Assembly: GCA_963703315.1 (NCBI GenBank)
Contig: OY969811.1
Location: 4,064,001-4,128,000, forward strand
DNA length: 64,000 nucleotides
From: an uncultured cyanobacterium
Lineage (GTDB): Bacteria; Cyanobacteriota; Cyanobacteriia; Pseudanabaenales; Pseudanabaenaceae
Direction: 5' to 3'
Position numbers and translations under genes: made by a program. Each line of letters opens with the position of its first letter. Positions within the stretch are counted from its first letter, which is position 1. Under the pieces are notes generated by a model. That model did not search any database, was not told where the DNA came from, and was given only the letters and a program-made list of their open reading frames with translations. Below are positions 23,284-32,140 of the stretch, piece after piece.

Positions 23284-25719
23284 ATGGACTCCCTCATCTT
23301 AAATCAGTCTTTAGAGATATATGGACAGTCGCTTGTGGCAATTTGCCGACTGCCCACTAATACTTCTGAGGCATTAACCTTCCTCAAAAAAGGATGGTCT
23401 AATGTAGTGGTGCTAGATGAACATGATTTGCCACAGGGGTTGTTTAATGCAAGATGCTTATTAAATTGGCAATCTCTGAAGGATAGCTGTACATTTGTTG
23501 CGCCATCGATCGCTTTAGAAGATATTGATCTGGAGCCGTTACCTGCGATTTCGATGGCAATGACGATCGCTGATTTTTTGCAAAGAATTTCTCAATATCG
23601 GCATTCTGCGGAAACTTGGGCTTTAGTTGATAGCAATGGTAAATTTACAGCGCTCTTAGAAGTTTCAAGTCTATTGCGATCTCTAGTCCAAGCAGAACAA
23701 AGCCATCGTCCATCCGTTAACTCTTTGTTATTACCCCTGATTTATCAATTGCCTTTACCTGTGATGGTTAGCGATCGCGAGGGAGCGATCGTGGGTATGA
23801 ACTCCGCATGGCGCAATAGCTTATTTGAAAGTTTGCCAACTAATGCTGAAGTTAATATTGCGCCAGCAGATGAAAATATTGTGAAAAAATATCTAAATCA
23901 ACAAGTTGATGATTCTAATCAATTCCTCCATCCAAAGCTGCCAGTAGCTCACCAGTTTTGTACTACGGATGGGGCATCTTTTACTTGGCAAGTAATTAGT
24001 GTTGCTTTACAAGGTAGTTTGCAAGGACTAGATCTGGCGATCGCTTACGACATCACTGCTCAAAAAAATTTGGCTCAAGAGCTATCGGGATTAAGTCGTG
24101 TCAAAGATGAATTTTTAACCTGTATTAACCATGAGTTAAAAACTCCCTTAACCTCAGTGATTGGGATTGCCAGTTTATTAAGCAATAACACCTTTGGAGA
24201 TTTGAACGATCGCCAAAGTCGTTATGTGAAGATGATTCACCAGAGTGGGCGGCAGTTAGTTTCCATTATCGATAACATCTTTGATCTTGCCAAAGCTGAA
24301 TCTGGACAACTCGAATTGTATGCAGAAACTATTTCGGTGAAAGAAGTTTGTCAAAAAAGTATTCAACAGGTGCGGAAGTTAGTTCAACAAGATTCCACAA
24401 TTTCCCGTAACTATAATTTTGAGGAAGGCTGGGAACTGGAGATCCAGTTAGATATTGATCCGACGGTACAGACAGTGTATGCCGATGAAACGCGATTGCA
24501 GCAAATGCTTGTCAATTTACTTTCAAATGCCTTTAAGTTTAGTTTTTCACCTTCAGAATTGGTTGATGATTTGCCGTCTGTACCTCCACAAATAGGAGTT
24601 ACGGTGCGATGGTGGGAAGGTTGGCTGGCAATTACGGTCTGGGATCAAGGGATTGGCATACCTGAAGACAAACAAAGCTTGGTGTTTCAAAAATTCCAAC
24701 AGGTTGAAAATGTTTTGACTCGACGCTTTGAGGGTACTGGCTCAAGCTTGCTGTTAACTAGACATTTAGCCCGTTTGCATGGCGGTGATATTACCTTTGT
24801 TTCACAGGTAGATGTGGGTAGTCAGTTTACAATTTTGTTGCCCCCTGAGCCTCATAGTCTAAATAAAAGTAACAATGGTAAAGATGTTGGTTTTGGACAT
24901 GATCGGCGCATTGATATTAGTCAGAGTCGTTTAGTCTTGATTGTCGAAACTTCATCGGAGGCGGTAGATTGGCTCAGAAATACTCTGGCGGAATTTGAGT
25001 ATCAAGTGGTAATTGCGCGATCGGGAACAGAAGCATTAGAAAAAGCGCGACGTTTACAGCCTTGTTTAATTCTTCTTAGCCCAGATGTACCAATGCTTTC
25101 AGGATGGGATGTCCTTGCTTTACTAAAAGGCGATTCTATAACGCAGCATATTCGGGTAGTGATGATGAAACACGTTGATGAACCCAAAACTAACTCTCAT
25201 CAAGCGGATGGAGTTTTGCTAAAGCCCATCAAAGCTGATGCTTTGCGATTTTTTTTACCTAACTATATAAGTGTTCCGAAATCTCTGAAGTTTTTATATC
25301 TAAACCAAAATCTGGATGATGCTTTAATTGAGTTGCTGCAAGAGATGGGGCATTGCCTCCTAGAAGCGGAAGATCTGACTCAATGCGATGTGTTATCAAA
25401 AATTTGGCAACCAGATTTATTTTTGCTTAATGGTGATAATCAGTTTTTATTGACACATCTAGAAAATATTAGTCAGTTAGATGGAATCTCCAATTTACCA
25501 ATATTGATCATCACTAAGTCAGCGATCGCCGAAATTAGCTGGTTACAAACTCGATTTGTCAATCTCAGCCTGCATGAGTGTATCGGTTTAGATCTAGACC
25601 ATTTAGATACGGTGAGAGAGGAGGTTTTGTTTGCTTTGCATCAGTCCATCACTAATTCTATGTGTTATGTTTTACCAAATCCTCATATAAATGGAGCGAA
25701 ATTTGAGCATAATTTGTAA
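23284..25719 (+). CDS. Hybrid sensor histidine kinase with two pseudo-receiver domains
   Basis: H-box INHELKTPL, N-box NLLSNAFKF, G1 DQGIGIP; receiver folds lack the acceptor Asp. Confidence 0.88.
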   Translation: MDSLILNQSLEIYGQSLVAICRLPTNTSEALTFLKKGWSNVVVLDEHDLPQGLFNARCLLNWQSLKDSCTFVAPSIALEDIDLEPLPAISMAMTIADFLQRISQYRHSAETWALVDSNGKFTALLEVSSLLRSLVQAEQSHRPSVNSLLLPLIYQLPLPVMVSDREGAIVGMNSAWRNSLFESLPTNAEVNIAPADENIVKKYLNQQVDDSNQFLHPKLPVAHQFCTTDGASFTWQVISVALQGSLQGLDLAIAYDITAQKNLAQELSGLSRVKDEFLTCINHELKTPLTSVIGIASLLSNNTFGDLNDRQSRYVKMIHQSGRQLVSIIDNIFDLAKAESGQLELYAETISVKEVCQKSIQQVRKLVQQDSTISRNYNFEEGWELEIQLDIDPTVQTVYADETRLQQMLVNLLSNAFKFSFSPSELVDDLPSVPPQIGVTVRWWEGWLAITVWDQGIGIPEDKQSLVFQKFQQVENVLTRRFEGTGSSLLLTRHLARLHGGDITFVSQVDVGSQFTILLPPEPHSLNKSNNGKDVGFGHDRRIDISQSRLVLIVETSSEAVDWLRNTLAEFEYQVVIARSGTEALEKARRLQPCLILLSPDVPMLSGWDVLALLKGDSITQHIRVVMMKHVDEPKTNSHQADGVLLKPIKADALRFFLPNYISVPKSLKFLYLNQNLDDALIELLQEMGHCLLEAEDLTQCDVLSKIWQPDLFLLNGDNQFLLTHLENISQLDGISNLPILIITKSAIAEISWLQTRFVNLSLHECIGLDLDHLDTVREEVLFALHQSITNSMCYVLPNPHINGAKFEHNL

Positions 25720-25769
25720 TTGATAAAATTATCTCTAAATCTCTTTGTCTTTGTTTCTCAAACTCTTGA

Positions 25770-25870
25770 TATAGCAAAAAAAGAGTTAGCTAGTACAAAC
25801 CAAAACCCCAGAAGCGAGTGCCGCCACTCGCTTCTGGTTTTATGTCTTAAGCAAAACTTGCTTTGCTATA
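25770..25870. mobile_element. TATAGC-ended MITE-like element with central hairpin
   Basis: TATAGCAAA...TTTGCTATA; core CCAGAAGCGAGTG...CACTCGCTTCTGG; reverse-orientation homologue of 8934 and 34172. Confidence 0.7.
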
Positions 25871-25978
25871 TCCAGTTTGAGCCATTTCGCGGAACATATT
25901 TGGAGATGGGTCAAGCTAGATTGAAGATATATAGGTTTTGTTTCTTGTAACTTAATTTTATATTTGTTTAAAATTAAA

Positions 25979-26082
25979 TAAGTACCTAGGCGCAATTAAA
26001 TATAAAACCCCAAAACCTGTGGCGCACGCTGCGCGTGCGCCACAGGTTTTGGCTCTGTTTTTTAATTATGCCCAAGTACTTA
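25979..26082. mobile_element. 104-bp TA-flanked MITE, copy 1 of 3
   Basis: TAAGTACCTAGGCGCAATTAAA...TTTAATTATGCCCAAGTACTTA; core AAAACCTGTGGCGCACGC-TGC-GCGTGCGCCACAGGTTTT. Confidence 0.82.
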
Positions 26083-26137
26083 GGAGCGATTCATAATTGT
26101 AAAAAATATTAGGTAAAGATAGGGAGTATCGACTGAT

Positions 26138-29137
26138 ATGAATCGAGAGGCTAAGTCCTTAAATACTGGAAGTAATAGGACTGAAGCTATACGTGTCGGC
26201 GTTATGCAATCTCTTGGTGATAATGTGAGCGCTAGGGATTTGCTAGTGCAAGATGCAACCTTGATGGCAATTCAGGAAATTAACCAATCAGGAGGTGTTT
26301 TAGGTAAAACTATTGAGCCAATCGTGGTTAATGTTGCGACTATCGATCAACATATAGCTGTACAAACTCGATACGCTCTGGATGAATTGGGGATCAAAAA
26401 TTTATTTGGTTGTAGCACATCTTCAGCGCGAAAAAATATCATTCCGATCCTTGAAAAATATCAAGCTCAGCTTTGGTATCCCTATTATTACGAAGGTCTA
26501 GAATGTTCTAAAAATATTTTTTATACAGGTGCTTGTCCGAATCAAGTTGTCCAGCCAGCGATTAACTGGTTATTACAAAATAAAGGCGATCGCATTTATG
26601 TAATTGGTACAGATGGCATTTATTCACGCACCGTTAATAAAATTATTCGCGCTCAACTGAAGCAGCAAAATAGTTTCCTATTGAGTGAAGACTATATCCC
26701 TCGTGATATATCCAATTATCGCGAGAGTATTACTAAAATCAAATATATTTCTCCTGATGTGGTAGTTAGTACCTTATCGCCAGAAAACTCTGCCGCATTT
26801 TTGCAACAGTATGCGGAAGCAGGGATCAAGGCTGAGGATATTCCTGTTTTGTCATTGCGGTTAAGCGATCTGGAATTATGGCAACTTTGCCAAAGAGTCG
26901 ATCCATTAGCGATCGCGGGGCATCTGGCTAGCTCTAACTATTTTCAGAGTCTGGATACATTTCAGAATCAAGATTTCTTGCAAAAAGTACAGTCTGCTTG
27001 GGAATCCACCAAAGCCGTAAATGTGGTGATGCAGTCTTGCTATACGCAGGTATTTTTATGGAAACAAGCGGTTGAGGCTGCTCAAACTTTTGATGTTTTG
27101 GCAGTGCGTGAAGCCGCCTATGACCAGAGCTTTGCTTCGCCTGCGGGTAAGATTGTCCGCGATCGCAACCATCATATTTGGACAGCCTGTCGGGTTGCGG
27201 AAATTAATCCAACAGGCACATTTGACATCGTATATACAGTTGATCCGATCAAACCGATGCCTTGGTTGGGGGTAGAGGAGTTAAATCCCAAAACATCAGT
27301 GGTGGTGATGGAAATGCTGTCAGAACTTACTCAGGGTATTCAGCAAAGTTGGCAACTAGAAAAAGATGCTCAAGATTTAGAATCGACGATCGCGGAGCTA
27401 TTGGGACGTGGCAAGGGCAAGGGGCGCAACCAACTTGCTCCTGAAATTACCCGCGCCGTCATGTCGAAATTATTTAAGGCAAATCAGCGCCTACTAAAAG
27501 TGCAGGGTGATTTGTTAAATGTTGAAGGAGCCTTGCGGGAAGCGAATGAACTGTTAGAACAACGGATTGAGCAAAGGACTGTCCAGCTACAGCAAACGAT
27601 TAAACGCTTACAAAATGAGGCGGCTGAGCGTCAACAAGCAGAGATACTACTGCGAGAGAGCCAGCAAAGATTTTCCGCGATCGCTGATAACGTTCCAGGG
27701 GTTGTTTATCGGGCGGTGTTACATCCCGATGGTGGAGTCTCGATGCCCTATATCAGCCCCCGCACTCAAGAAATCTTTGGCATATCGGTGGAAGAGTTTT
27801 CTGAGCATCTGGAATGGGTGTTTGATATGGCTCATCCTGAAGATCGTGCTGAACTGAATCAAATGGTACAGTGGTCGGCGGAAACCCTGATGCCCTTTGA
27901 GCATGAATATCGAGTCTCTAGTTTATTTGAAAAGGTGAAGTGGGTTCGGATTATCTCTCAACCCCATCGCAATGACAACAGTGATACGGTTTGGGATGGC
28001 GTAATCATTGATATCAGTCATCAAAAAGAAATAGAAGAATCGCTGCGCCAAGCTGAGGAGAAGTATCGCAGTATTTTTGAACACGCGATCGAGGGCATTT
28101 TTCAAGCTCAAACCGATGGATGTTATACCAATGCTAATCCTGCACTTGCGAATATCTATGGCTATGCCACACCCACTGAGCTACTGACAGGAGTTGCTTT
28201 AGACCCCTATCGTCTATTTAAAGAGCCTGAATGTTATCACGAGTTTCTGTCGCAGCTAGAAACTAAAGGTTCGGTTGCTAGCTTTGAAGCGTTAGTCTAT
28301 AAACGCGATCGCAGTATCATTTGGATTTTGATTAATGCCAGTGCTAATTACGATGAAATGGGTAACTTTATTTCCTATGAAGGCATTATCCAAGATATTA
28401 CGGAACGTAAGTTATCGGAACAGGCTCTCAAAGCTGAGCAGGAGAAATCTGAAAATTTACTGCTTAATATTTTACCCAAGGCGATCGTCAGTCAACTGAA
28501 GCATGGAGATAGCACGATCGCTGCGAGATCGGATAATGTCACCATTTTGTTTGCGGATATTGTGGACTTTACAACCCTTTCGAGTCGAGTATCTCCCAAT
28601 GAACTGGTAACTATGCTCAACGAAATTTTTTCTACCTTTGATATGATTGCCGATCGCTTAGGCTTGGAAAAAATTAAAACCATTGGTGATGCCTATATGG
28701 TGGTGGGTGGACTGCCCACCGATCGCGATGACCATGCCGAGGCGATCGCGGAAATGGCTTTAGCCATGCAAAAGTCGATTGTCAATTTCAAACGTGGCGA
28801 TGATACTAATTTCCGTTTGCGAATTGGCATTAATACGGGGGCAGTGGTGGCAGGAGTGATTGGTATTCGCAAGTTTATCTACGATCTTTGGGGTGATGCT
28901 GTGAACATTGCTAGTCGCATGGAGTCGCACGGCTTAGCTGGTGGGATTCAAGTCACCGAGACCACCTATAAATTACTCAAGGATAAATATTCTTTTTGGC
29001 ATCGTGGCAAGGTATTTATCAAAGGAAGAGGTGAAATGGATACTTATATGTTGCTGGATCAGAAATCTCATTTACCAGCATCAAAAATGATCGATTTAGA
29101 ATCAGAGAACTTAGTTGCCGATAAAATTGGTAACTAA
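26138..29137 (+). CDS. UrtA/AmiC-like ligand-binding + coiled coil + 2xPAS + class III adenylate cyclase
   Basis: N-terminal EINQSGGVLGK, YYEGLE, FYTGACPNQ; PAS HPED motif; cyclase FADIVDFT, EKIKTIGDAYM, YDLWGDAVNIASRME (ATP-specifying Lys/Asp). Confidence 0.9.
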   Translation: MNREAKSLNTGSNRTEAIRVGVMQSLGDNVSARDLLVQDATLMAIQEINQSGGVLGKTIEPIVVNVATIDQHIAVQTRYALDELGIKNLFGCSTSSARKNIIPILEKYQAQLWYPYYYEGLECSKNIFYTGACPNQVVQPAINWLLQNKGDRIYVIGTDGIYSRTVNKIIRAQLKQQNSFLLSEDYIPRDISNYRESITKIKYISPDVVVSTLSPENSAAFLQQYAEAGIKAEDIPVLSLRLSDLELWQLCQRVDPLAIAGHLASSNYFQSLDTFQNQDFLQKVQSAWESTKAVNVVMQSCYTQVFLWKQAVEAAQTFDVLAVREAAYDQSFASPAGKIVRDRNHHIWTACRVAEINPTGTFDIVYTVDPIKPMPWLGVEELNPKTSVVVMEMLSELTQGIQQSWQLEKDAQDLESTIAELLGRGKGKGRNQLAPEITRAVMSKLFKANQRLLKVQGDLLNVEGALREANELLEQRIEQRTVQLQQTIKRLQNEAAERQQAEILLRESQQRFSAIADNVPGVVYRAVLHPDGGVSMPYISPRTQEIFGISVEEFSEHLEWVFDMAHPEDRAELNQMVQWSAETLMPFEHEYRVSSLFEKVKWVRIISQPHRNDNSDTVWDGVIIDISHQKEIEESLRQAEEKYRSIFEHAIEGIFQAQTDGCYTNANPALANIYGYATPTELLTGVALDPYRLFKEPECYHEFLSQLETKGSVASFEALVYKRDRSIIWILINASANYDEMGNFISYEGIIQDITERKLSEQALKAEQEKSENLLLNILPKAIVSQLKHGDSTIAARSDNVTILFADIVDFTTLSSRVSPNELVTMLNEIFSTFDMIADRLGLEKIKTIGDAYMVVGGLPTDRDDHAEAIAEMALAMQKSIVNFKRGDDTNFRLRIGINTGAVVAGVIGIRKFIYDLWGDAVNIASRMESHGLAGGIQVTETTYKLLKDKYSFWHRGKVFIKGRGEMDTYMLLDQKSHLPASKMIDLESENLVADKIGN

Positions 29138-29191
29138 CTTTTAGTGGTGCGGCTTCGCCGCCCTACTAAAAACCTTTATCTGAGTAAAATC

Positions 29192-30028
29192 ATGACAACA
29201 GTTGCATATCTTGGTCCTGAAGGCACATACACCGAAATGGCGGCGTTGCAATATTTGCAAATCAACCATCCTGATTTAAAAAAGTATGACTCGCTGCGTC
29301 CCTATCCCACTATTTCGCAAGCGATTAATGCTGCTGAGCATGGAGATGTCGATATTGCGGTTGTGCCGATCGAAAACTCGATCCAAGGTGGTGTCACGAT
29401 GACTCTGGATAGTTTGTGGCAATCAGAGTCTTTACAAATTCAACAGGCGATCGTTTTACCGATCGCCCATGCTCTGATTACTCGCGCTCAGACTCTTGAA
29501 GATATTAAAGTTGTCTATTCTCATCCTCAAGGTTTAGCGCAATGTCAGCAATGGCTCGATCGCTATTTACCAAATGTGAAACAAGTCGTCACTGACTCTA
29601 CCGCCGATGGGGTCAATATTGTTGCCGAAGATCCTCATGGTGCAGCGATCGCCTCCGAACGTGCTGCGGAAATTTATAAACTGCCAATTCTCAAATTTCC
29701 GATTAACGATCAGCCTGATAATTTCACTCGGTTTCTCGTACTAGGACGGACAGCCTCCACAACTAAAGGTACACATTCCTCCCTCGCATTTAGCCTGAAG
29801 CGAAATATGCCAGGAGCCTTAGTGAAACCTCTATTAGTATTTGCCGATCGCCAAATTAATTTGAGCCGCATTGAGTCTCGTCCCACTAAGCGATCGCTCG
29901 GTGAGTATATTTTTTTTGTTGACATCGAAGCCTCTGTAGAAGCTCCTAATTTCAGTGAAGCCTTGCAAGAACTCAAAGAAGTTACCGAAAATCTTAAAAT
30001 TCTGGGTAGTTACTCCATTAATAAGTAA
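29192..30028 (+). CDS. pheA: Prephenate dehydratase
   Basis: AYLGPEGTYT, VPIENS, SHPQGLAQC, NFTRF, ACT domain SRIESRP; ATG at 29192. Confidence 0.95.
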   Translation: MTTVAYLGPEGTYTEMAALQYLQINHPDLKKYDSLRPYPTISQAINAAEHGDVDIAVVPIENSIQGGVTMTLDSLWQSESLQIQQAIVLPIAHALITRAQTLEDIKVVYSHPQGLAQCQQWLDRYLPNVKQVVTDSTADGVNIVAEDPHGAAIASERAAEIYKLPILKFPINDQPDNFTRFLVLGRTASTTKGTHSSLAFSLKRNMPGALVKPLLVFADRQINLSRIESRPTKRSLGEYIFFVDIEASVEAPNFSEALQELKEVTENLKILGSYSINK

Positions 30029-30055
30029 AAAAAGGCGCTTAGCGCCTTTTTTTAC

Positions 30056-30823
30056 TTATCTTCTAGATTGTGCCAGACGTTTATTTCGCATTAAGACATT
30101 TGCGCCCTCATTAGTTTGCTCGATGACTAATAGTGGTGTTGGTTTAGCGGTCTGATCCCAACTAATTACCGCCAGCCTGCCTTGAATTGTTGGCTGCCAA
30201 TTACGATTTTCATCTGAGGCGGAGACAAAATTTTCGAGACCAGCCGCCAAGTCTTTGAGAATACTTTGGGAACTGTTAGTAGGAATTTTGGTTAATTTGA
30301 CATGGATCCGAAAAAGAACGCGGATTTGTGAATCATCATGGTGTTCGGGTTGATAGGACACATCAAAAATTGCATCAATTTTGCGGGCGTTACCGCTATC
30401 TTCCTCGGTTGGCATCAGTGCGGGTGCAATTTTTTGACGGAGATTAACCTTAATCTGCGCCAAGATAATGTCACAGAAATATGGCTCTGCCATTCTCATG
30501 CTGAGATAGTCCAGATTAAATTCACGAGAATTAATTAAATCAGGATTGCGCTCATGTTCATCAATGGTATGCAATGCGAGCTTGAGTTTTTTGGTAAGCT
30601 CGTGATTTTTGATCTGTTCTACCTTAAGCTGTTGGCGAGTCTTCCATAGTTGCCAGTAATGATAAGCAGTCGATCCGATCGCGCCCAATAACAAAATACT
30701 CAGTAAACTTACCCCACCGACATTTTGCAGTGGTAAGGTTGCCTTATCAATCGCTCCTAAAGCTCCAGCAACTTCGCGATCGTTAGGTTTGACAGCCATT
30801 ATCAATTTTGATGTTTGTAACAT
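30056..30823 (-). CDS. Hypothetical protein, one predicted TM helix plus coiled coil
   Basis: 255-aa ORF with a hydrophobic segment; no recognised motif. Confidence 0.65.
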   Translation of the reverse strand: MLQTSKLIMAVKPNDREVAGALGAIDKATLPLQNVGGVSLLSILLLGAIGSTAYHYWQLWKTRQQLKVEQIKNHELTKKLKLALHTIDEHERNPDLINSREFNLDYLSMRMAEPYFCDIILAQIKVNLRQKIAPALMPTEEDSGNARKIDAIFDVSYQPEHHDDSQIRVLFRIHVKLTKIPTNSSQSILKDLAAGLENFVSASDENRNWQPTIQGRLAVISWDQTAKPTPLLVIEQTNEGANVLMRNKRLAQSRR

Positions 30824-31177
30824 AGCAAAGCCCCAATCATTTAAATAGAAACACTAGAAAGCTGACTTGCCCTAATACCCTATAATTACTATTCCCACAA
30901 ATTGCCTTGAAATTAATTCAAAAAATATAGAGTGCTTGAAAGGGGTGATCCTCTGCATTGACAGCGATCGCCGCCAATCCAAAGATCGGGCGATCGCCCA
31001 TGCTTTAGGATTTAATGACACCTTAGTTTATGATGATTAAGCTGTAATGCTGATAACTAAGGTTAAAGTGCTAACGTCAATAAGTGACATAGCCTAGAAT
31101 AAGCATATAGCTTTTATAAAACGGTTTGTAGACAAGGACTAGTAAATTGCTAGCCGCACCTGTTGTTTTGATGATTT

Positions 31178-31528
31178 ATGGCTAGATACACTCAACATTT
31201 CTTAGTTGAAATCGCTCCCGAAGACCTGCATTCAACGATTGTCAAGACGTTGGAAGCTTGCAGCTTGGTTATCACCTATGAGACCGATGACTACGTGCTT
31301 GCTCAAGAAATCGAGACTAATGCCTCGTTTGCCAAAATGGTAACGGTTGAAGTCTTGATCCATCGTTCCGAAATCGAAGGCAATCAAGCAAAATTAACTA
31401 GCGTTACCAAAAATGCTGAACTCCCTTTACGGGTTAACAATTACTGTCATGGAATTTCTGACCGTGTTTCTAAAGCATTCTGTGACAACTCAGCATGGAA
31501 ACTCCTAGAAGTTACTTCAGGATATTAG
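31178..31528 (+). CDS. Conserved cyanobacterial hypothetical protein
   Basis: MARYT start, VTVEVLI, KNAELPL motifs. Confidence 0.7.
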   Translation: MARYTQHFLVEIAPEDLHSTIVKTLEACSLVITYETDDYVLAQEIETNASFAKMVTVEVLIHRSEIEGNQAKLTSVTKNAELPLRVNNYCHGISDRVSKAFCDNSAWKLLEVTSGY

Positions 31529-31529
31529 A

Positions 31530-31634
31530 TATAGCGGTTTTCATTTTGCTGTAGGCAAAATGAAAACTCAAAACTGTTACTGGGATTGATTTTTTGTTTG
31601 CAAATGAGTACGCACTCATTTGCAAACCGCTATA
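31530..31634. mobile_element. TATAGCGGTT...AACCGCTATA MITE-like element with two hairpins
   Basis: 10-bp terminal inverted repeat; hairpins GTTTTCATTTTGC/GCAAAATGAAAAC and TTTGCAAATGAGT/ACTCATTTGCAAA. Confidence 0.7.
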
Positions 31635-31650
31635 GTATTAATGGGAATAA

Positions 31651-32109
31651 ATGGCAAATTATTATCGGGTTCTCGCCGAAAATCGGCAAGCTAGATTTAA
31701 TTACGAAATCCTCGAAACCTATGAAGCAGGGATCGAGTTACTTGGCACAGAAGTTAAATCGATCAAAGGGGGCAAAGCAAATCTACGGGATGCTTATGGC
31801 ATTGTGCGTAAAGGGCAGATTATGTTGCTCAATATGTATATTGCCCCACACCACACCACCAGTGTCTATTTTAATCATGAGCCAACGCGCACTCGTCGCT
31901 TGCTTCTGCATAAGTTGGAAATTCGTAAATTGATTGCCGAAGTGCAGCAAAAGGGTTTGACTCTAGTACCGCTTAAGGTGTATCAGAAAGACGGTTGGAT
32001 TAAAGTCGATCTGGCGGTGGTGCGTAATAAGAAACTGCACGATAAGCGTGAAGACATGAAAAAACGTGATGATAAGCGTGACATCGAACGAGTAATGAAA
32101 AATCGTTAA
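31651..32109 (+). CDS. smpB: SsrA-binding protein
   Basis: NRQARFNY, EAGIELLGTEVKS, RRLLLHK, KKLHDKR. Confidence 0.97.
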   Translation: MANYYRVLAENRQARFNYEILETYEAGIELLGTEVKSIKGGKANLRDAYGIVRKGQIMLLNMYIAPHHTTSVYFNHEPTRTRRLLLHKLEIRKLIAEVQQKGLTLVPLKVYQKDGWIKVDLAVVRNKKLHDKREDMKKRDDKRDIERVMKNR

Positions 32110-32140
32110 GCAAAAGTGGTGCAAAGCAGCACTTTTGTTT

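Noticed and set aside
25720..25950. 76-aa ORF after the hybrid kinase
   Set aside because: Runs through a MITE hairpin; no protein-like features.
31586..31933. Alternative ORF overlapping smpB; tmRNA nearby
   Set aside because: The ORF starts inside a MITE and overlaps smpB out of frame; no ssrA-like sequence was recognised.
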